Source: a virus
Length of the DNA stretch: 64,000 nucleotides
Virus record (IMG/VR): IMGVR_UViG_3300028024_000105
Coordinates: 32,811-96,810 of that record
Direction: 5' to 3' (one strand)
Shown: in pieces, positions 62,022 through 64,000 of the stretch
How the letters are laid out: every line of letters begins with the position of its first letter
Numbering within the stretch: the stretch's first letter is position 1
Translations under genes and position numbers: made by a program
Notes under the pieces: generated by a model
What the model saw: only the letters and a program-made list of their open reading frames with translations
What the model was told of the DNA's origin: nothing
Databases searched by the model: none

Positions 62022-63674
62022 GTGTATTGGCCGCAGCAAGACATCACGTCGAGTCCGACCACGGTCCTGGATACGGATCGCGTCTTCTGGTGCGACGCGA
62101 CCACGGGTGATCAGGTCCTCAACCTGCCCAGCGTGACTGGGAAGGCCGCACTTTACTTCGTCTTCAAGAAGATCGACGCAACCACTCACACCGTGACGAT
62201 CAACCCGCCAGCCGGGAAGACAATCGACGGCATGTCGAGCTATGTCCTGACGGCTCAGAACCAGATCATCGGCGTGACGGCCGACACCCACGGCAATTAC
62301 AAACTCGTTGACGGCAACAGCTCGGGAACCGCCGTCGGGCGCGGGACGCGGGTCAACGAGAAGACTGACGGCACGACCGGCGCCGGATCGCTCGCGGCTG
62401 TCGCGGGCATGACCGAGGTCGTCGAACTGAGCGTCGCGGGCACAGTTATTGTCAGCGTCAGCGGCTCGTGGCACTACACCGGCCAGCCGACGGCCGCCGT
62501 GATCGGCATGGAGATCGACGGCACGCAGTATTACTGGACGGTCAACAATTCGCTCGTCGGCGCGGGCTCCGACAATTTCCAAGACGCCGCTGGTTCCCAC
62601 ACGATGGGAATCTTCCTGAACGCCGGGTCACACACGATCAAGTTCCTGGCCGCCGCGACGAACATGTATCTGAACGGTAGTCCGGAGACTCCGGCATCCC
62701 TCGTCATCACGTACCCGACCGTGACGACCTTCGGCGGTGGCTCTCCGACCAGTGATCCGACCCACGACCTGTCGGGCGTCTGGTCCGACACTCTGGTCGT
62801 CGGCCTGCAGGGCGACCCGCTACCCACGAAGGTGGCTCGGAAGTACCTGCGGCGGAACGACGCGAACAGCGGCTGGGAGCTGTCCGATCCCACCTTCGCG
62901 GTGTTCAAGAACTCGTCCCTGGTCGGCATCCATCGGCGCATCAACATTCTGGACGCCACGAACATCATCACGTACGTGACGGAGGACATCACCAACGACT
63001 GGGTCAACATCAAGATCGAGTCGTCGGGCGGCGGGGGAGGCGGCTCGGACGATCCTCTTGGGAAAGCCTTCTTCGTCCACAACGGCCTGATGCCCGCCAA
63101 TACCTTCAAGGAAGAACTCTACGACTACCCGGCTACCGACTTCGCGAATCTGAACGGCGGCACCAAATCGGTCTCCATGTCGCGTGCGCGCTTCACCCCC
63201 GGCGGCAGCAACGTCGCAAACTGGGGATGGGACATTGGTTCGTCGAAATCTCAGATTCTGTTCATCATGGGCATGATGCGCGGGAGGCAGAATCAGACGA
63301 GCATGTTCATTACGAACACGCTTCCTGCGGCAGCCCAGATCGAAGATGCCTACAATTTCGATCTGGAACCCGGCGTCCCCGATATCGCCCTGCTCAAACG
63401 CGCGTCGGGCTCCTGGTCTGGACTTGGCAGCGAGGCGAAACTTGTCCCGACCAACAGCGATGCCGGGATGTCGTTTGGGATGGCTCTCTACTACGACGAC
63501 ACCACGAATCACCTGATTTGCTTCCTCCGTCTCGGAGGCGAATGGTTCCCGATCATCGACACCACCGACTCCACCTTCACCACGATGCGATATTGCGGCA
63601 TCTTCAACGATTCCTCCACTGGGGCGGGATCGGTCGTGTGGTCCGGCGTCCCGATGGCTATCTACACCGACTAA
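62022..63674 (+). CDS. tail fibre / receptor-binding protein
   Basis: CDATTG...LNLPS...FKKIDAT.H.VTI.P..G.TIDG; beta-rich C-terminal domain. Confidence 0.7.
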   Translation: MYWPQQDITSSPTTVLDTDRVFWCDATTGDQVLNLPSVTGKAALYFVFKKIDATTHTVTINPPAGKTIDGMSSYVLTAQNQIIGVTADTHGNYKLVDGNSSGTAVGRGTRVNEKTDGTTGAGSLAAVAGMTEVVELSVAGTVIVSVSGSWHYTGQPTAAVIGMEIDGTQYYWTVNNSLVGAGSDNFQDAAGSHTMGIFLNAGSHTIKFLAAATNMYLNGSPETPASLVITYPTVTTFGGGSPTSDPTHDLSGVWSDTLVVGLQGDPLPTKVARKYLRRNDANSGWELSDPTFAVFKNSSLVGIHRRINILDATNIITYVTEDITNDWVNIKIESSGGGGGGSDDPLGKAFFVHNGLMPANTFKEELYDYPATDFANLNGGTKSVSMSRARFTPGGSNVANWGWDIGSSKSQILFIMGMMRGRQNQTSMFITNTLPAAAQIEDAYNFDLEPGVPDIALLKRASGSWSGLGSEAKLVPTNSDAGMSFGMALYYDDTTNHLICFLRLGGEWFPIIDTTDSTFTTMRYCGIFNDSSTGAGSVVWSGVPMAIYTD

Positions 63675-63710
63675 GTTCTGTCCAAGGCAGTGTCATCGAA
63701 AGGCATCGAC

Positions 63711-64000
63711 ATGTCATCTCCCGTTCGACTTCACATCGGCTGCGGCACCGTCTACCTGACGGATTGGATCAACGTGGATCTGCCATCGCCCAACTGCTTC
63801 CTCGCGTCCGAACGGCCGGACCTGGTGGAGCGCTACCGGGCCACGGCGGACGACTACTACGCCCGCCACAAGAAGACCATCGCGGACCTGCGCAAGGGGC
63901 CGCTCGACCAGTCCTACGTCTGCGACCGCTACGGCTCGTACAACTTCCTGCCGGTGGTGCCCGGCACCGTCGACGAGATGTTGGCCCGCCACTCCTTCGA
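63711..64000 (+). CDS. SAM-dependent methyltransferase-like protein, 3'-truncated
   Basis: MSSPVRLHIGCGTVYLTDWINVD...GTVDEMLARHSF; late motif at 63680; translated by hand. Confidence 0.75.
   Translation, partial: MSSPVRLHIGCGTVYLTDWINVDLPSPNCFLASERPDLVERYRATADDYYARHKKTIADLRKGPLDQSYVCDRYGSYNFLPVVPGTVDEMLARHSF

Noticed and set aside
1-64000. Diversity-generating retroelement, retron, introns/inteins, rRNA, lysis cassette, contractile sheath
   Set aside because: No reverse transcriptase, splicing motifs, rRNA, recognisable endolysin or sheath gene seen in this window

Overview
A 64 kb piece of a large, GC-rich, probably temperate, siphovirus-like tailed phage (HK97-fold capsid, long non-contractile tail). 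About 1-34,300 is an early/middle and accessory region: the 3' end of a sigma-factor-like gene, a Mor-like regulator, HNH nucleases, an RNA ligase, N6A and C5 DNA methyltransferases, MazG-like proteins, dCMP deaminase, two kinases, a zincin peptidase, a GHKL ATPase-peptidase fusion, a lipoprotein + integrase, tRNA-Arg(UCU), a candidate attP, an Xis-like protein, a second tyrosine recombinase and GroES. About 34,350-64,000 is the morphogenesis region: TerL, a portal-MuF fusion, a fibre/decoration block, an XkdF-like protease, scaffold, major capsid protein, neck, tail tube, chaperone, tape measure, Dit, tail tip and fibre. Modification enzymes are embedded in it (a GT2 glycosyltransferase, a truncated QueA and a SAM methyltransferase). 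Patterns read directly from the sequence: (1) three recurring promoter-like motifs (GTAAC-N16-CGTC; CGTCYKAC-N5-ATG; GTCCAAG-N5-RTG) that imply a staged and largely leaderless expression programme; (2) a late-motif kinase and a late-motif metallopeptidase that share an N-terminal 'DExxHPRxExGxW/F' peptide (candidate virion-loaded effectors); (3) monocistronic mRNAs whose 3' ends are complementary to their own Shine-Dalgarno leaders; (4) two structured ncRNA candidates; (5) a face-to-face pair of sigma54 sites; (6) a dual-frame C5 methyltransferase. All functional calls rest on motif recognition by eye; no database searches were run.
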